In this document: positions 21,183-32,892 of the stretch, in pieces
Position numbering within the stretch: the stretch's first letter is position 1
Layout: every line of letters begins with the position of its first letter
Origin: Methanobacteriota archaeon
Lineage (GTDB): Archaea > Methanobacteriota > Methanobacteria > Methanobacteriales > Methanobacteriaceae
Reading direction: 5' to 3'
Length of the DNA stretch: 64,000 bases
NCBI GenBank assembly: GCA_963787255.1
Contig: CAWBCJ010000029.1
Location: 128,001 to 192,000, forward strand
The notes under the pieces: model-generated
The model's input: the letters and a program-made list of their open reading frames with translations, nothing else
What the model was told of the DNA's origin: nothing
Database searches by the model: none
Program-made: the position numbers and the translations under genes

Positions 21183-21366
21183 TTATAACACCAATAGTTA
21201 TTATGCACTATAATGGATTTATATTTGATTATTATGCGTTTTCAAAATAATAATACTTGAATTGTTATTCCATCTAAATAATCTAAAACAGTAGTTTATG
21301 TAATTAATTAAAAAAAATAATTTGTTTAAAAATTTAAAAAATGAAATTATGCTGCTTACGTTAATA

Positions 21367-21675
21367 TTAAAACATTTCAATGGCTCTAATTAATCGTGCT
21401 GCAGCGTTTTTTACTTCGGTATCGGTTATATCTCCACTATCTCTTACTATAAATGCAATTCTAAGAACCTCTGGAACATCTTTTGGGGCTATGTTTTGCG
21501 CCATCTGAATGTAAGATTGTCCTGTTTCATCATTTAATACAATATTTCCACTTTCCATTTCTTCTAAAAGTACCTGGCATGCGCCCATTCCCTGAGTAGC
21601 AATTTCCTTATCTTCACATTTTTTCATCAATTTCTTTGCATTTTCATCGAGAGGTATATTTTTTTGCTTCATCAT
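21367..21675 (-). CDS. Small helical Cys-pair protein, paralog 2
   Basis: KKCEDKEIATQGMGACQVLL; GGTGA SD. Confidence 0.8.
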   Translation of the reverse strand: MMKQKNIPLDENAKKLMKKCEDKEIATQGMGACQVLLEEMESGNIVLNDETGQSYIQMAQNIAPKDVPEVLRIAFIVRDSGDITDTEVKNAAARLIRAIEMF

Positions 21676-21709
21676 ATCACCTATAGCTTCTTATTTAATA
21701 AATAGATAG

Positions 21710-22015
21710 TTAAAGTGCTTCTATCACCCTAATCAGCCTATCCGCAGCGACTTTAAGTTCAGGTTCAAGATTTGGACGCTCTTTAATTTTAAATGCCATC
21801 ATAAGGATTTTTGGTACATCTCGTGCTTCAATTTCTTGAGCCATCATTAAATAAGACACATCATGATTCATTTCCCCTAAATCTATTTCTTCCCTGTCCA
21901 TCTCTTCTAAAAGTACCTGGCATGCGCCCATTCCCTGAGTAGCAATTTCCTTATCTTCACATTTTTTCATCAATTTCTTTGCATTTTCATCCAGAGCAAT
22001 CTTTTTAGGGTGCAT
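21710..22015 (-). CDS. Small helical Cys-pair protein, paralog 3
   Basis: Same motif; ATG at 22015 is preceded by GGTGA SD. Confidence 0.8.
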   Translation of the reverse strand: MHPKKIALDENAKKLMKKCEDKEIATQGMGACQVLLEEMDREEIDLGEMNHDVSYLMMAQEIEARDVPKILMMAFKIKERPNLEPELKVAADRLIRVIEAL

Positions 22016-22061
22016 GAAATCACCAGAATAGTCAAATCTTGACAATATTCTTAATGATTAA

Positions 22062-22352
22062 TTAAAAGGCTTCTATTGCTCTTATTAATCTGTTTGCAGC
22101 GTTTTTAAGTTCAGGACTAACATTTGGATCTTGTTTCATTTTTAATGCCATATCAAGAACTTTAGGAACGTCTTCGGGAGTTATGTTTTGTGCCATCTGC
22201 ATGTAAGATTGGTTTGGATCGTCCCCTTCAAACATTATATCCTCTTTTTCCATTTCCTTTAAAAGTACCTGGCATGCGCCCATTCCCTGAGTAGCAATTT
22301 CCTTATCTTCACATTTTTTCATCAGTTTCAGTTCATTTTCATTCATTTGCAT
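22062..22352 (-). CDS. Small helical Cys-pair protein, paralog 4
   Basis: Same motif; GGTGA SD. Confidence 0.8.
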   Translation of the reverse strand: MQMNENELKLMKKCEDKEIATQGMGACQVLLKEMEKEDIMFEGDDPNQSYMQMAQNITPEDVPKVLDMALKMKQDPNVSPELKNAANRLIRAIEAF

Positions 22353-22636
22353 ATTATCACCAGCTTAATATATGATCTTTAAAGGATTTAAATTTAATAC
22401 TAGTTTAAAAAATAATATGATAATTAGGAGGATTAGGAATAGGTATTACTGAATCAAAAATTCTAAATAACAAAAAGCACATACTAAAATAAAAAAAATA
22501 TTTTCCACAATTTAAAAATGAATAAATCCAACATAATACCCCATAATTAAATTTAAATCTTAAATACAGAACTTAAATTGATATTACGCCCATACCAACT
22601 AATTAATATTATATAAATAGCTTTGGAGGTAATTAA

Positions 22637-24118
22637 ATGTTGAAATACCGATGTTTAATATGTGAATATGTATATGATCCCCAAAAAGGAGATCCTGATA
22701 CTGGAATCAACCCCGGAACTTCATTTGAAGACCTGCCTGATGATTGGCTGTGTCCAGTATGTGGAGTAGGTAAAGATCAATTTGAACCAATGGAAGAAGA
22801 GCAAAAAGAATCTAAAAAAGAAGAAAATGAGATGTTTTGCTATCAATGCTCTCAAACAGCAAGAGGAACAGGGTGCACAATACAAGGAGTATGTGGAAAA
22901 AGCGCAACTGCTGCAAGGCTTCAAGATAATCTTTTATTTGCAATTAAAGGAATATCCGCCTATCTTTACCATGCAAGAGAACTTGGATACACTGATCCAG
23001 AAATTGATGCATTTATGGAACGTGGATTTTACTCAACACTTACCAATGTCAATATAGACGTTCCAGAGTTAATTCAACTAGCTCTTGAAGCTGGAGAAAT
23101 GAATATAAAGACCATGAGACTTCTTAAAACTGCTCTTATTGAAAAATATGGTGAACCTACACCAGTTGAAGTTAGTACTGGAACTAAAAAAGGACATGGA
23201 ATCGTGGCAACTGGACACAGTATGAAAACACTTGAGGAGCTTCTAAAACAAACAGAAGGAACTGGAATTAATGTTTACACTCATTCTGAGCTTCTTCCTG
23301 CACATGGGTATCCTGAATTAAGAAAATATGACCATCTTGTTGGGCAGCTAGGTAAATCATGGTTTGATCAAAGAAAAGTGTTCTCTAAATATCCTGTGGC
23401 AATCCTTGGAACTTCAAACTGCGTTTTACCACCAAAAGAAGATTACAGAGATCGAATGTTCACTTCAGGAGTTGCAAGACTAACTGGAGTCCAGCATATA
23501 GAAGGTTATGACTTTTCTCCAGTAATTAACACTGCAAAATCCTTACCTGAGCTTAAAGAGGAGCCCGGAGATAGAATGATGGCAACAGGATTTGGAGCTT
23601 CCACAATTCTTGCACTCGCACCAAAAATAAAAGAACTGGTAGAAGCTGGAAAAATAAGGCGTTTTTTCCTTGTAGGAGGCTGCGATGCCCCTCTTGCAAA
23701 ATCACCATATTACACTGAATTTGTAGAGAAATTACCTGAAGATACGGTGATTTTGACCCTTGCCTGCGGTAAATTCAGAATGAATCAGTTGCCCCTTGGC
23801 GATATTGAAGGAATCCCCCGACTAATAGATATAGGACAATGCAATGATGCCATCGTTGGAATTGACATCGTAACGGCACTATCAGACCTTTTTGGACTTG
23901 AAGTAAATGAACTTCCACTGACATTTGTTTTAAGCTGGATGGAACAGAAAGCCGCAGCAATACTATGGAGCCTGCTCTATCTTGGAATAAAAGGAATTTA
24001 CCTGGGCCCAATAGCTCCAGCATGGGTTAATGAAGATATTTTAAACGTTCTAGTTGAAAACTACGATATAAAACTAATAAGTACCCCCGAAGAGGATATT
24101 AAAGAAATTTTAGGGTAA
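22637..24118 (+). CDS. hcp: Hybrid cluster protein (hydroxylamine/NO reductase) with N-terminal rubredoxin fusion
   Basis: [10 protein letters not shown]...WLCPVCG rubredoxin, then [11 protein letters not shown]...GVCGK, THSE, SNC, GGCD, ACGK, GQCND and WMEQKA. Confidence 0.93.
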   Translation: MLKYRCLICEYVYDPQKGDPDTGINPGTSFEDLPDDWLCPVCGVGKDQFEPMEEEQKESKKEENEMFCYQCSQTARGTGCTIQGVCGKSATAARLQDNLLFAIKGISAYLYHARELGYTDPEIDAFMERGFYSTLTNVNIDVPELIQLALEAGEMNIKTMRLLKTALIEKYGEPTPVEVSTGTKKGHGIVATGHSMKTLEELLKQTEGTGINVYTHSELLPAHGYPELRKYDHLVGQLGKSWFDQRKVFSKYPVAILGTSNCVLPPKEDYRDRMFTSGVARLTGVQHIEGYDFSPVINTAKSLPELKEEPGDRMMATGFGASTILALAPKIKELVEAGKIRRFFLVGGCDAPLAKSPYYTEFVEKLPEDTVILTLACGKFRMNQLPLGDIEGIPRLIDIGQCNDAIVGIDIVTALSDLFGLEVNELPLTFVLSWMEQKAAAILWSLLYLGIKGIYLGPIAPAWVNEDILNVLVENYDIKLISTPEEDIKEILG

Positions 24119-24216
24119 AAAAAATAATACCCTATTTAAATTTTATAATTATTTTGTTCTATCATCTACGAAAAATATTTTTATTACCTATTTTAAAGTC
24201 ATATAATGTGATTTAA

Positions 24217-24411
24217 ATGACTAGAGACAATAATATCGATAAAGAGTTTGAAGCTCAATTAAAAGGTAAAATGGGCTGGAAATGCTCCTGTTCACTGGAT
24301 ATCATTGATAAAGAATCTTCACTTAGAACGGTTACATGTAAAGGATGCGGCAAAGTTTTTAAAACTAATAGGAATACAGATTATTGTTTTAAATGTGAAA
24401 GTAAACATTAA
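24217..24411 (+). CDS. Small Cys-rich, putative zinc-finger protein
   Basis: CSC, CKGC and CFKC within 64 aa. Confidence 0.7.
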   Translation: MTRDNNIDKEFEAQLKGKMGWKCSCSLDIIDKESSLRTVTCKGCGKVFKTNRNTDYCFKCESKH

Positions 24412-24421
24412 TGGTGAAAAT

Positions 24422-24637
24422 ATGGCAAAAATAGAAATTGAACGGCCCATGTGCATATCTTGTGGAAACTGTATTGATATATGCCCAGAAATGTTTGAAT
24501 ATGGTGATGATGGACTTTCAACTCTTAAAGAAGGTGAAAGAGTTGGGGATAATGATGAAAGAGAATTAGAAAATCCTGGATGTGCTGTAGATGCAGAAGC
24601 AAGTTGTCCTGTATCTATAATTCACGTTTATGATTAA
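24422..24637 (+). CDS. Monocluster ferredoxin
   Basis: CISCGNCIDICP...SCPVSII; ATG at 24422 after GGTGA SD. Confidence 0.88.
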   Translation: MAKIEIERPMCISCGNCIDICPEMFEYGDDGLSTLKEGERVGDNDERELENPGCAVDAEASCPVSIIHVYD

Positions 24638-24651
24638 TTGGAGGCCATAAA

Positions 24652-24972
24652 ATGAGTGATATGATTGGAAATGTGTTAAAGACTGTAGATTTAATAGAGT
24701 ACCAGGAAGGCTCTGTAGTGAGTCGAGAAATTATAAGAAAAGATACTGGCACTGTAACCATCTTTGCTTTTGATAAGGGTGAAGGTTTAAGTGAACACAC
24801 AGCACCGTTTGATGCAATGGTTCAAATTGTTGATGGTAAGGCAGAAATAATAATTTCAGGCAATAAAAACGTGCTTGAAAAAGGTGAAATGATTATAATG
24901 CCTGCAAACGAGCCCCATGCTCTTAAAGCGCTGGAAAAATACAAGATGGTTCTGACCATGATAAGGTCATAA
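24652..24972 (+). CDS. Cupin-domain protein
   Basis: FAFDKGEGLSEHTAP and MPANEPHAL motifs. Confidence 0.88.
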   Translation: MSDMIGNVLKTVDLIEYQEGSVVSREIIRKDTGTVTIFAFDKGEGLSEHTAPFDAMVQIVDGKAEIIISGNKNVLEKGEMIIMPANEPHALKALEKYKMVLTMIRS

Positions 24973-25270
24973 ATCATTTTATTTTAGCTATAAAATTAAC
25001 AGAATTTCCATATATTCACATTTCTTATACTTTAAATTTAGCTGTTCATTTTCAAGGGAAAATTCCTTAAGTAACTGGAGAAAAGCTTCTCAGAAATTTC
25101 CATTTCCCTGCTTTTTAGTGATTTCCATCAATTTTTTAATCTTTAAAACTAGCTTAATTATTATCTTCCTTTAATTCCTAGAAAAATTTATTAAATCTTC
25201 TTAATTTGATTTAAAATAAATTATTAAAACTCATCTAAAAACAATAGAAAAAAAATTTCAATATCTAAAT

Positions 25271-25549
25271 TTATTCTGATTCCTTGATTTCCCTTATAAG
25301 TTCATAGTAAAAATTCATGAATTCGTTAATATGTGCTCTAATGTATCCAATATCATCATATTGTTCTTTTGAAGGGTCTAATCTTAGTACAACGAATAAA
25401 TTTAGCTTTTTATTATCATCAATGAATGCATTTTCATTATATTTGGTCAATTTACTTTCAATCTCGTTTTTCCATTCTTCAGGGGATACATTATCTATAA
25501 AACAGAGATCCAGTCCTTCTTCACCATAACAACCAAGATATTCTAACAT
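25271..25549 (-). CDS. Hypothetical acidic protein
   Basis: 92-aa ORF with plausible codon usage. Confidence 0.6.
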   Translation of the reverse strand: MLEYLGCYGEEGLDLCFIDNVSPEEWKNEIESKLTKYNENAFIDDNKKLNLFVVLRLDPSKEQYDDIGYIRAHINEFMNFYYELIREIKESE

Positions 25550-25695
25550 ACCTTGTTATATGTTTTTTATTACTATTATATTTTTATTACATATATTGCT
25601 GGTTATGATAATCCATTTAAATAAAAAATAATTGATCTAATAAAATCTCTAGTAATTTAGACTACCCTAACACAAATAAAATAAAAAAAGAAAAT

Positions 25696-26985
25696 CTAAT
25701 CCTCTAAAACTCTTATAAATAGAGTGTCATTTTTTACAAAATTGAGGGCATTTATTTCTTTTACTGCATTCTGCATATTTCTTTCTAATGCTTCATGCAT
25801 TACCATGAAAATTGGAACTTCAGGCGCTTCATCTTCTTTTTTCTGGCTCATTGATTCAATACTAATATCATATTTACTTAAAATACCTGATATTGTATGT
25901 AAAACTCCAGGTTTATCAACTGCAGTAAGACGCAAGTAATATTTCGATTTTATATCTTCAATGTTCTTTATTCGCTTAACTTCAGTAGTACCTGGACCAT
26001 AAATGTTATGGCGCTCCATATTTTCCATTATATCCAGGCAATCTCCAACTACAGCACTTGCTGTAGGCATCATTCCTGCTCCCTGACCATACATCATAAC
26101 AGGACCAACAATATCCCCAACAAGGTATACACCATTAAATACATCATTAACAGATGCTAAAAGATGATCTTGAGGTATCAATGTTGGGTGAACCATTACT
26201 TCAAGTTCTCCTTCTTCAATTCTTGAAATAGCCAGTAATTTAATTGAATAACCCATTTCATTTTTTATAAATTCAATATCTTCCTGTTTAATCTTGCTTA
26301 TTCCTTCAACATGGAAATTATCCTGCTTTACATAAATTCCAAAGCCCAATATAGTAAGTATAATCAATTTCTGTGCAGTGTCATGCCCTTCAATGTCAAA
26401 TGTTGGGTCCTGTTCAGCATATCCCTTTTCCTGAGCCTCTTCCAACACTTCTTCAAAATCAAGACCTTCATCAGTCATTTTAGTTAAAATGTAATTTGCA
26501 GTACCGTTTATTATACCATAAATTGATTGAATACGATTCGCGCCTAAACTTTCATTTAATGGCTGAAGTAAAGGAATACCTCCACCTACACTTGCCTCGA
26601 AGCAAATTCTGACATTATTATCATTTGCTGTTTGCAAGATTTCATCCCAGTGTTTGGCAAGCAGTGCTTTATTTGCAGTTACTACGTGCTTTCCGTTAGA
26701 CATTGCCTTTAAAATAAATGTTTTTGCAGGTTCGTAACCTCCAATAAGCTCTATTACAATATCAATCTCGGGATCTTCCAAAATATCATTTATATCAGTT
26801 GATAAAACATTTTTATCGACTTCAACACCCCTATCTGTTTCTATGTCCAGATCAACTATTTTTTTAAGCTTAATTTTTGCGTTTATTTTCTGTTCCATGA
26901 GTTCCAGATTACGATTAAATGTTTCAACAACTCCAGATCCTATTGTACCGAAACCTATAAGTCCTATATTGTAAATATCCTTCAT
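25696..26985 (-). CDS. hom: Homoserine dehydrogenase with C-terminal ACT domain
   Basis: [32 protein letters not shown] and DKPGVL motifs. Confidence 0.95.
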   Translation of the reverse strand: MKDIYNIGLIGFGTIGSGVVETFNRNLELMEQKINAKIKLKKIVDLDIETDRGVEVDKNVLSTDINDILEDPEIDIVIELIGGYEPAKTFILKAMSNGKHVVTANKALLAKHWDEILQTANDNNVRICFEASVGGGIPLLQPLNESLGANRIQSIYGIINGTANYILTKMTDEGLDFEEVLEEAQEKGYAEQDPTFDIEGHDTAQKLIILTILGFGIYVKQDNFHVEGISKIKQEDIEFIKNEMGYSIKLLAISRIEEGELEVMVHPTLIPQDHLLASVNDVFNGVYLVGDIVGPVMMYGQGAGMMPTASAVVGDCLDIMENMERHNIYGPGTTEVKRIKNIEDIKSKYYLRLTAVDKPGVLHTISGILSKYDISIESMSQKKEDEAPEVPIFMVMHEALERNMQNAVKEINALNFVKNDTLFIRVLED

Positions 26986-27075
26986 TTAATGCCTCCTTAA
27001 GAAGATAAATAATTTAAAATCATTATAATCAATATTATGTCTTTAAATAATATCAATTGTTATTTTATAACTTTT

Positions 27076-28089
27076 TTAAAATCTTTCCTTTAATTTTATA
27101 TATTCGTCTATTGATTCTCTTGTTGTGCCAACTACAATCCTATATCGGCTATTTCGACCTGTAACTTTTTCCAATTTACCTTTTGCGATTATTTCCTCTC
27201 CTTCTCTGGCCTGTCCTGAATAAGTATGAGTATATGATGCAATTTCAGTAATATCAACATTTTTACCTTCTAAAATGTTTACCTCTTCAATTTTATATAC
27301 TGCAGGGTTATCAAAAGCTGCCAGTGCATCTTTTACTCTGCATTCAACCATTGCAGTGCCCATAGATTCAAATTTTTCATCACCATACTTTCCTTTAATT
27401 TCATCCCAGTCCCTGGTGGCAAGAATATCAAATAAAACCCCTTTAAAGACTCCTCGATTATTTTTACGCTTTTCATACCATTGGAACTCTTCATAACTTA
27501 AAGAAGTATCTTTAATCCTTTTTTCATACAAATGAGCCCAGTATTCGTCACTTATACTTTTTAAATCACTCTTATCTTTAATTTCGCCGAATTTTTCCCG
27601 TGCTTTCCTATGATTATTAAGTCCATATATCACAAAATCTAAATCAGAAACCTTGGGATCATATAAACCAGGTAAAATTGAGCCAGAAATTCCCATTTTA
27701 GAATAAGGAATATCTGCTTGATTATGAAAAATATCAGCCAGCATTACAACTTTTTTTAGTAAATCTTCGTTGTTAAAATTATTTATTATTTCTTTAAGGC
27801 GTTCATCTGGGCGTAATATTTCTTTCACCTTATTTAACGGCACGCCCATCATTTTAACCCCCGTAATATCACAATCATATAGATATTCAGGATGTTTACT
27901 GCTTAAAAACTCGTATGCCTGCTTTGAATCTACCTTTGTATATTTTCTACCATTTTTTGACCTTTCTCCCTTTTCATCAGGAACATATCTCAAAAATGAG
28001 AGTATTCTATCTTCAGGATGAAGATAAGATGTTGTAGCGAAGTATAAATCATCATCAGTGTATATGAAATCTCTGGTACGGGCTTTCAT
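27076..28089 (-). CDS. Archaeal nucleotidyltransferase (Pol-beta superfamily) domain protein
   Basis: [10 protein letters not shown]....SDLDFVIYG motif. Confidence 0.8.
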   Translation of the reverse strand: MKARTRDFIYTDDDLYFATTSYLHPEDRILSFLRYVPDEKGERSKNGRKYTKVDSKQAYEFLSSKHPEYLYDCDITGVKMMGVPLNKVKEILRPDERLKEIINNFNNEDLLKKVVMLADIFHNQADIPYSKMGISGSILPGLYDPKVSDLDFVIYGLNNHRKAREKFGEIKDKSDLKSISDEYWAHLYEKRIKDTSLSYEEFQWYEKRKNNRGVFKGVLFDILATRDWDEIKGKYGDEKFESMGTAMVECRVKDALAAFDNPAVYKIEEVNILEGKNVDITEIASYTHTYSGQAREGEEIIAKGKLEKVTGRNSRYRIVVGTTRESIDEYIKLKERF

Positions 28090-28182
28090 AAATTTATTTA
28101 ACTGCACAGACTATATATATCAAACCATTAGAAGAGGTTGAACAACAATTTATATATGAACAAAAAGTAGTCTTTTAGTGCT

Positions 28183-28590
28183 ATGATAATTTCAAGATTA
28201 AAGCCTGGGGAAGACCTTAAAAAAGGTATTGAAAATATAATTAAACAAAATAAAGTTAAATCAGGCGTTATAATTTGTATAGTTGGAAGTTTAGTTTCTG
28301 CTACATTAAGAATGGCCAATGAAACTTTAAAGACATTTAATGGGCCTTTTGAGATTGTATCTGCCAATGGCACTATAGCAGAAAATGGAATTCATGTTCA
28401 TATTGCTATTTCTGACGTAGAAGGCCCTGTAATTGGAGGACATTTGCGCGAAGGTTGTATAATAAACACTACAGCAGAAATATGCATATTAAAATCAGAT
28501 AAACCCCTTAAGAGAGTATTTGATCCAAAAACAGGTTATAAAGAGCTTGTAAATATTAAAGAAGTGAAAGCATGGAATATAAAAAACTGA
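28183..28590 (+). CDS. PPC/DUF296 domain protein
   Basis: [21 protein letters not shown] and GGHL motifs. Confidence 0.88.
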   Translation: MIISRLKPGEDLKKGIENIIKQNKVKSGVIICIVGSLVSATLRMANETLKTFNGPFEIVSANGTIAENGIHVHIAISDVEGPVIGGHLREGCIINTTAEICILKSDKPLKRVFDPKTGYKELVNIKEVKAWNIKN

Positions 28591-29144
28591 AAGAAAATAT
28601 TCTTTACGATGGAAGCCAGATCGAACCATTTTGGGCTTTAAAAGAATTAAAATTGAAAGGATCAAGCATCATATCATGGATAGGGCCCATGGAAATAAAA
28701 CCTGCCAAGATTATAGATTATGAAGATGTAGGGATTGAAATCAAGTCGGCTGAAATGGTACACTTCATAATAGAACATTTTGATATTCAACCAGCAGACA
28801 TAAAGACTTGTTATCACAGGCAGAGAATACTCGTAATGATAGTTAAAGATATTTTAAGTGAATCAGGAATTCAAACAAATAGAAAAGGCGATGATATTTA
28901 CGTTAATAGCAAAAAACTTAGTGTTTCAATCGCTACATGCTCAAACAGCAGTATGAAAATACATTTCGGAATGAATATCACAAATAAAGGAACTCCTGCA
29001 GATATAGAAACAATAGGACTTTCTGAATGCAGAAAAGACGTTGATGACCAATTTGTTCAAATATTAATTGATAAAATATCCAAAAGTTATATTAATGAAA
29101 TTGGATCTATTGAAGAAGATATAAGCAAGACAAAGGTCTTTTAA
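28572..29144 (+). CDS. DUF366 family protein
   Basis: [35 protein letters not shown]; adjacent to queDE. Confidence 0.85.
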   Translation: MEYKKLKENILYDGSQIEPFWALKELKLKGSSIISWIGPMEIKPAKIIDYEDVGIEIKSAEMVHFIIEHFDIQPADIKTCYHRQRILVMIVKDILSESGIQTNRKGDDIYVNSKKLSVSIATCSNSSMKIHFGMNITNKGTPADIETIGLSECRKDVDDQFVQILIDKISKSYINEIGSIEEDISKTKVF

Positions 29145-29263
29145 ATTTAAAAAAGTTATAGATGAGTTAAAAATATAAATAAACACTAAAAAAAGGAAAT
29201 TAATTCAAAAAAAAGGTTTATCAAGTTTTATATTAACATTTAAATAATTATGAAGGTTTAAAA

Positions 29264-29746
29264 ATGAAAATAGTAATTAATGGAATACATGCTAATTTAA
29301 GATTCTCAGCCGCCCACATGATACCACTCCATGAATCCTGCGGAGGAATACACGGACATTCATACATTGTAGATGTTGAATTCGAAGGTGAAAGAAGTGG
29401 TAAATTCGGATTTGTTGTTGATTTTAAAAATGCGAAAAGTATTGTACGTAAAATTTGTTCAAAACTTGATCACAAGGTTTTAATTCCATCTGAAAGTAAT
29501 GTTATTGAATTCCAAAAACATGGTGATAAGTCCATAGAATTTAGGGTTGGAGAAAAGGAATACATGCTTCCTTTAGAAGATTGCTGTCTTTTACCGCTTA
29601 AATCAACATCTGCCGAGGATCTGGCGGAATACTTTGCCGAGGAAATATTTAAATACTTAGAAGAGACAAATAATAACATCTCAAGTGTCCAGATTTGTGT
29701 TAATGAAGGTATTGGACAAGGCGCCTACTTTCAGAAGACTGTATAG
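29264..29746 (+). CDS. queD: 6-carboxytetrahydropterin synthase
   Basis: FSAAH...C..IHGHSY, DF, LDHK and SAE motifs. Confidence 0.9.
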   Translation: MKIVINGIHANLRFSAAHMIPLHESCGGIHGHSYIVDVEFEGERSGKFGFVVDFKNAKSIVRKICSKLDHKVLIPSESNVIEFQKHGDKSIEFRVGEKEYMLPLEDCCLLPLKSTSAEDLAEYFAEEIFKYLEETNNNISSVQICVNEGIGQGAYFQKTV

Positions 29747-29764
29747 GATTTGGTGACCGTACAA

Positions 29765-30463
29765 ATGAAAGCTCGCATTAATGAGGTTTTCTCCAGTATT
29801 CAAGGTGAAGGAAAACTAATTGGTAGAAGACAAGTTTTCGTAAGATTCTCTGGATGCAATCTTGAATGTAATTACTGCGATACTCCACTGAGTAGAGATC
29901 CAAATTTTGGCGCTCTTTTTTCAGCCGAAGAGCTATTTAATTCCATAGATAAGTTAATAACTCCTGATTTTCACTCTGTTTCTTTTACAGGAGGAGAGCC
30001 ATTATTACATGCTGATTTTATAAAAGAATTTCTTGAAGAATATAACTTCAACTGTCTTCTAGAAACTAACGGCTCATTACCTCGCCAAATAGAGAAAATA
30101 ACTGGTTTAATTAAATACGCTTCTTTAGACATTAAATTACCAGAACATCATTCAACTTTAGACCATAATAAGCTGTTTAAGAGCGAATTAGAATCACTAA
30201 ATCTATTAATAGATTGGGGAATAAATACATATTGTAAGGTAGTTATACTGCCCTCTACAAAAGTCGACATGATAAGCTCAATAGCTTCAAAGATAAGTGA
30301 TGAAATTTCAGATATCTCAAAACTATCAATGGTAATACAACCCGCAGACCCGCTGAAACAGTGGGAAAAATGCAACAAGCTCTTTGAAATTTCTGAAAAA
30401 GCAGGAGAATACATGGATGTATTAACAATACCACAGGTTCATAAAATTCTTAGAATACGATAG
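29765..30463 (+). CDS. queE: 7-carboxy-7-deazaguanine synthase (radical SAM)
   Basis: [30 protein letters not shown] and PQVHK motifs. Confidence 0.93.
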   Translation: MKARINEVFSSIQGEGKLIGRRQVFVRFSGCNLECNYCDTPLSRDPNFGALFSAEELFNSIDKLITPDFHSVSFTGGEPLLHADFIKEFLEEYNFNCLLETNGSLPRQIEKITGLIKYASLDIKLPEHHSTLDHNKLFKSELESLNLLIDWGINTYCKVVILPSTKVDMISSIASKISDEISDISKLSMVIQPADPLKQWEKCNKLFEISEKAGEYMDVLTIPQVHKILRIR

Positions 30464-30474
30464 GAGGTTTAAAA

Positions 30475-31041
30475 ATGGAAATTGAAACAAATGTAACAGT
30501 AAAAGACGCAATGACATCTAGTGTAATTACAGTAAAGCCCGAAAACAGCGTAACTGATGCGGCATTCTTAATGACCCAAAATGAAGTGGGTTGTTTAATA
30601 GTAAAAAGCAATGGCGAACCTGAAGGAATAATTACTGAAAGCGACATAATAAACAAAGTAGTGGCACGAGATATTAAGGCCAGCGAGATAACTGTTGACG
30701 AAATAATGACCAAAAACCTCATAAGAATCGATCCTGGAAGAGAATTGAATGAAGCAGCGCGTTTCATGTCAAAAATGAACATAAGAAGATTGGCTGTCGT
30801 TAAAGATGGTTCACTTACTGGTATATTAACTGCAAAAGACATAATGGCGGTTTCTCCAGAATTGACCGAAATTCTAGTTGAAAATGCAAGAATGGAAAGT
30901 CAAATGGACTATATAGATGAAAAAAGTCCAGTACCTGGAGTTTGTGAGGCATGCGGAAACTTTATGGACTATTTAGACGAAATTGATGGAAAATTTGTCT
31001 GTGATGAATGTAAAGAAGATTTAGAAGGTGATCTTACTTGA
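30475..31041 (+). CDS. CBS-pair protein with C-terminal zinc ribbon
   Basis: Two CBS motifs plus CEACG...CDEC. Confidence 0.88.
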   Translation: MEIETNVTVKDAMTSSVITVKPENSVTDAAFLMTQNEVGCLIVKSNGEPEGIITESDIINKVVARDIKASEITVDEIMTKNLIRIDPGRELNEAARFMSKMNIRRLAVVKDGSLTGILTAKDIMAVSPELTEILVENARMESQMDYIDEKSPVPGVCEACGNFMDYLDEIDGKFVCDECKEDLEGDLT

Positions 31042-31853
31042 ATAAAGTTAAAGATATTATGACACTAAATCCGGTAACAGTTTCTGTAGATACAATTGCA
31101 ACAAAAATTAGATCAATATTAAGAGATAATGATTTTAGAGCCGTTCCTGTAGTAAACGGCTCTCGCCTTGAAGGTATGGTGACTAGAGGAGACATAATAA
31201 ATATTTCTGCAACAAAATCAAATGTTGATGCGCGCGGAATTATGGACCACATTACACTGGACATTACAGAAGACATGGATATATCTGAAGCTGGAAGGAG
31301 ATTGATACATGCAGGAACAGTTCAATCACCGGTAATCAAGTCATCAGAAGATATGCATCTTGTTGGAATGTTAAGTGTTGTTGACATTCTTAAGAAATTT
31401 GTTGATGATGGGAATAATCCCAAATATAAAAAAATAGATGACATTGTAATAAAAGACGTTGTTATCTGTAATTACGATGACTTAATATCCCATGTCTGGA
31501 ATAAAATGGACGATGAGGGATTTTCAGGACTTCCTGTAATTAAAAAGAAGAAATTAATTGGGATAATAACAAGAAAGGATATTATTAATTCAGGAACTGC
31601 TCGAATAGTCAAAGAATCCAATGAAATGAAAGGATCCCCGAAAGTGGAGAGTGTCATGAGGACTCCCCCAATTGTAACTACTTTAGATAAAGAAGTTAAG
31701 GACGTCGCAAAGATTATGGTTGAAAACGACATAGGTAGGTTACCAGTAGTCGAACATCCAGTATACGTCAAAAAAGAGCCAACTAGAGCAAGAGAAGCAG
31801 ATTTAATTGGAATAGTGGCAAGAGAAGACGTTTTGAGGGCGTATATTAATTGA
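31038..31853 (+). CDS. Four-CBS-domain protein
   Basis: Repeated PVV....GxxTxxD motifs. Confidence 0.88.
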   Translation: MNKVKDIMTLNPVTVSVDTIATKIRSILRDNDFRAVPVVNGSRLEGMVTRGDIINISATKSNVDARGIMDHITLDITEDMDISEAGRRLIHAGTVQSPVIKSSEDMHLVGMLSVVDILKKFVDDGNNPKYKKIDDIVIKDVVICNYDDLISHVWNKMDDEGFSGLPVIKKKKLIGIITRKDIINSGTARIVKESNEMKGSPKVESVMRTPPIVTTLDKEVKDVAKIMVENDIGRLPVVEHPVYVKKEPTRAREADLIGIVAREDVLRAYIN

Positions 31854-31933
31854 TTTTGCAAAATTCAGAATTGAAGTATTCACTTTTATTTTTTAGTATA
31901 TTAGTTTATTTCATATTCATGTGAGGTGTACTG

Positions 31934-32875
31934 ATGAGAAGAAAAGAACTAATTAATGTGGTAAAATCTAGAGAAAGAGCTCCACTGGAGTTTGAAACCC
32001 ATATAGCAGAACACGACGGCGATATTATGAGCATTGCCAAAAAAGAAGTAATTACAGTGCCCCAAAGTGCAACAATTAAAGAATCTGCCGAAATAATGGT
32101 AAAAAACAAGTTCAGAAGGTTACCTGTAACTGACCCCGGGACAGGAAAAATTCTAGGAATAGTAACATCCATGGATATACTGGACTTTTTAGGTGGTGGG
32201 GATAAATACCAGATTTTAGAGAAAAAACACGACGGAAACTTTTTATCTGCCATAAATGAGCCTTTAAGAGAAATTATGACCCGGAAAGTGGAAGTTTTAA
32301 ATAATAAAAGCTCCATGGGAGATGCAATTTCAAAAATGCGTGATAAAAAAGTTGGTGCACTTCCAATAATTGATTCAAACGACAAAATAGTAGGAATAGT
32401 TTCAGAAAGAGATTTTGCTATCCTTCTTTCAGGGGTTTTAACCGATGAAACAGTTGAGGATTATATGACAACTTCTGTAATTAGTACAACCCCCGGAACA
32501 AGAATTGAAGGCGCCACCAAAATAATGGTGAGGAACAAGTTAAGAAGAATCCCTGTAACTGGCGAAGAGAGAAAAACACCACACCCTGAGAATGAAAAAC
32601 TTGTAGGAATAGCCACATCAACAGATATTCTAGAATTCCTGGGCAAAAACACAGCCTTTGAAAAACTAATAACTAACAATGCAGATGAAGTCTTAAATAC
32701 TACGCTTAATGATATAATGACCCGAAATGTGGTAACAACCAACATATACACAAAATTAGGCGATTTATGCAGTATAATGGAAAAAGAAGGGATTGGGGGA
32801 ATGCCCGTAGTAAGAGATAATGAATTACTAGGTATAATTACAGAAAGCGATATTTTAAGGGCAATAAGCGAATAA
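31934..32875 (+). CDS. Four-CBS-domain protein
   Basis: RRLPV/GIVTSMD repeats. Confidence 0.88.
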   Translation: MRRKELINVVKSRERAPLEFETHIAEHDGDIMSIAKKEVITVPQSATIKESAEIMVKNKFRRLPVTDPGTGKILGIVTSMDILDFLGGGDKYQILEKKHDGNFLSAINEPLREIMTRKVEVLNNKSSMGDAISKMRDKKVGALPIIDSNDKIVGIVSERDFAILLSGVLTDETVEDYMTTSVISTTPGTRIEGATKIMVRNKLRRIPVTGEERKTPHPENEKLVGIATSTDILEFLGKNTAFEKLITNNADEVLNTTLNDIMTRNVVTTNIYTKLGDLCSIMEKEGIGGMPVVRDNELLGIITESDILRAISE

Positions 32876-32892
32876 TTCTAGGCGGTGCTATC

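Noticed and set aside
21560-22324. Repeated blocks considered as a CRISPR array or DGR template/variable repeats
   Set aside because: The repeats are 65-89 nt, in frame inside genes and ~345 nt apart. There are no cas or reverse transcriptase genes in the window and no adenine-specific mismatches.
24305-24421. N-terminal extension of the ferredoxin ORF in the track
   Set aside because: It overlaps the upstream Cys-rich gene, and the SD supports ATG 24422.
25030-25125. Short hairpins downstream of the cupin gene
   Set aside because: Single copy in the window, between convergent genes; consistent with ordinary termination.
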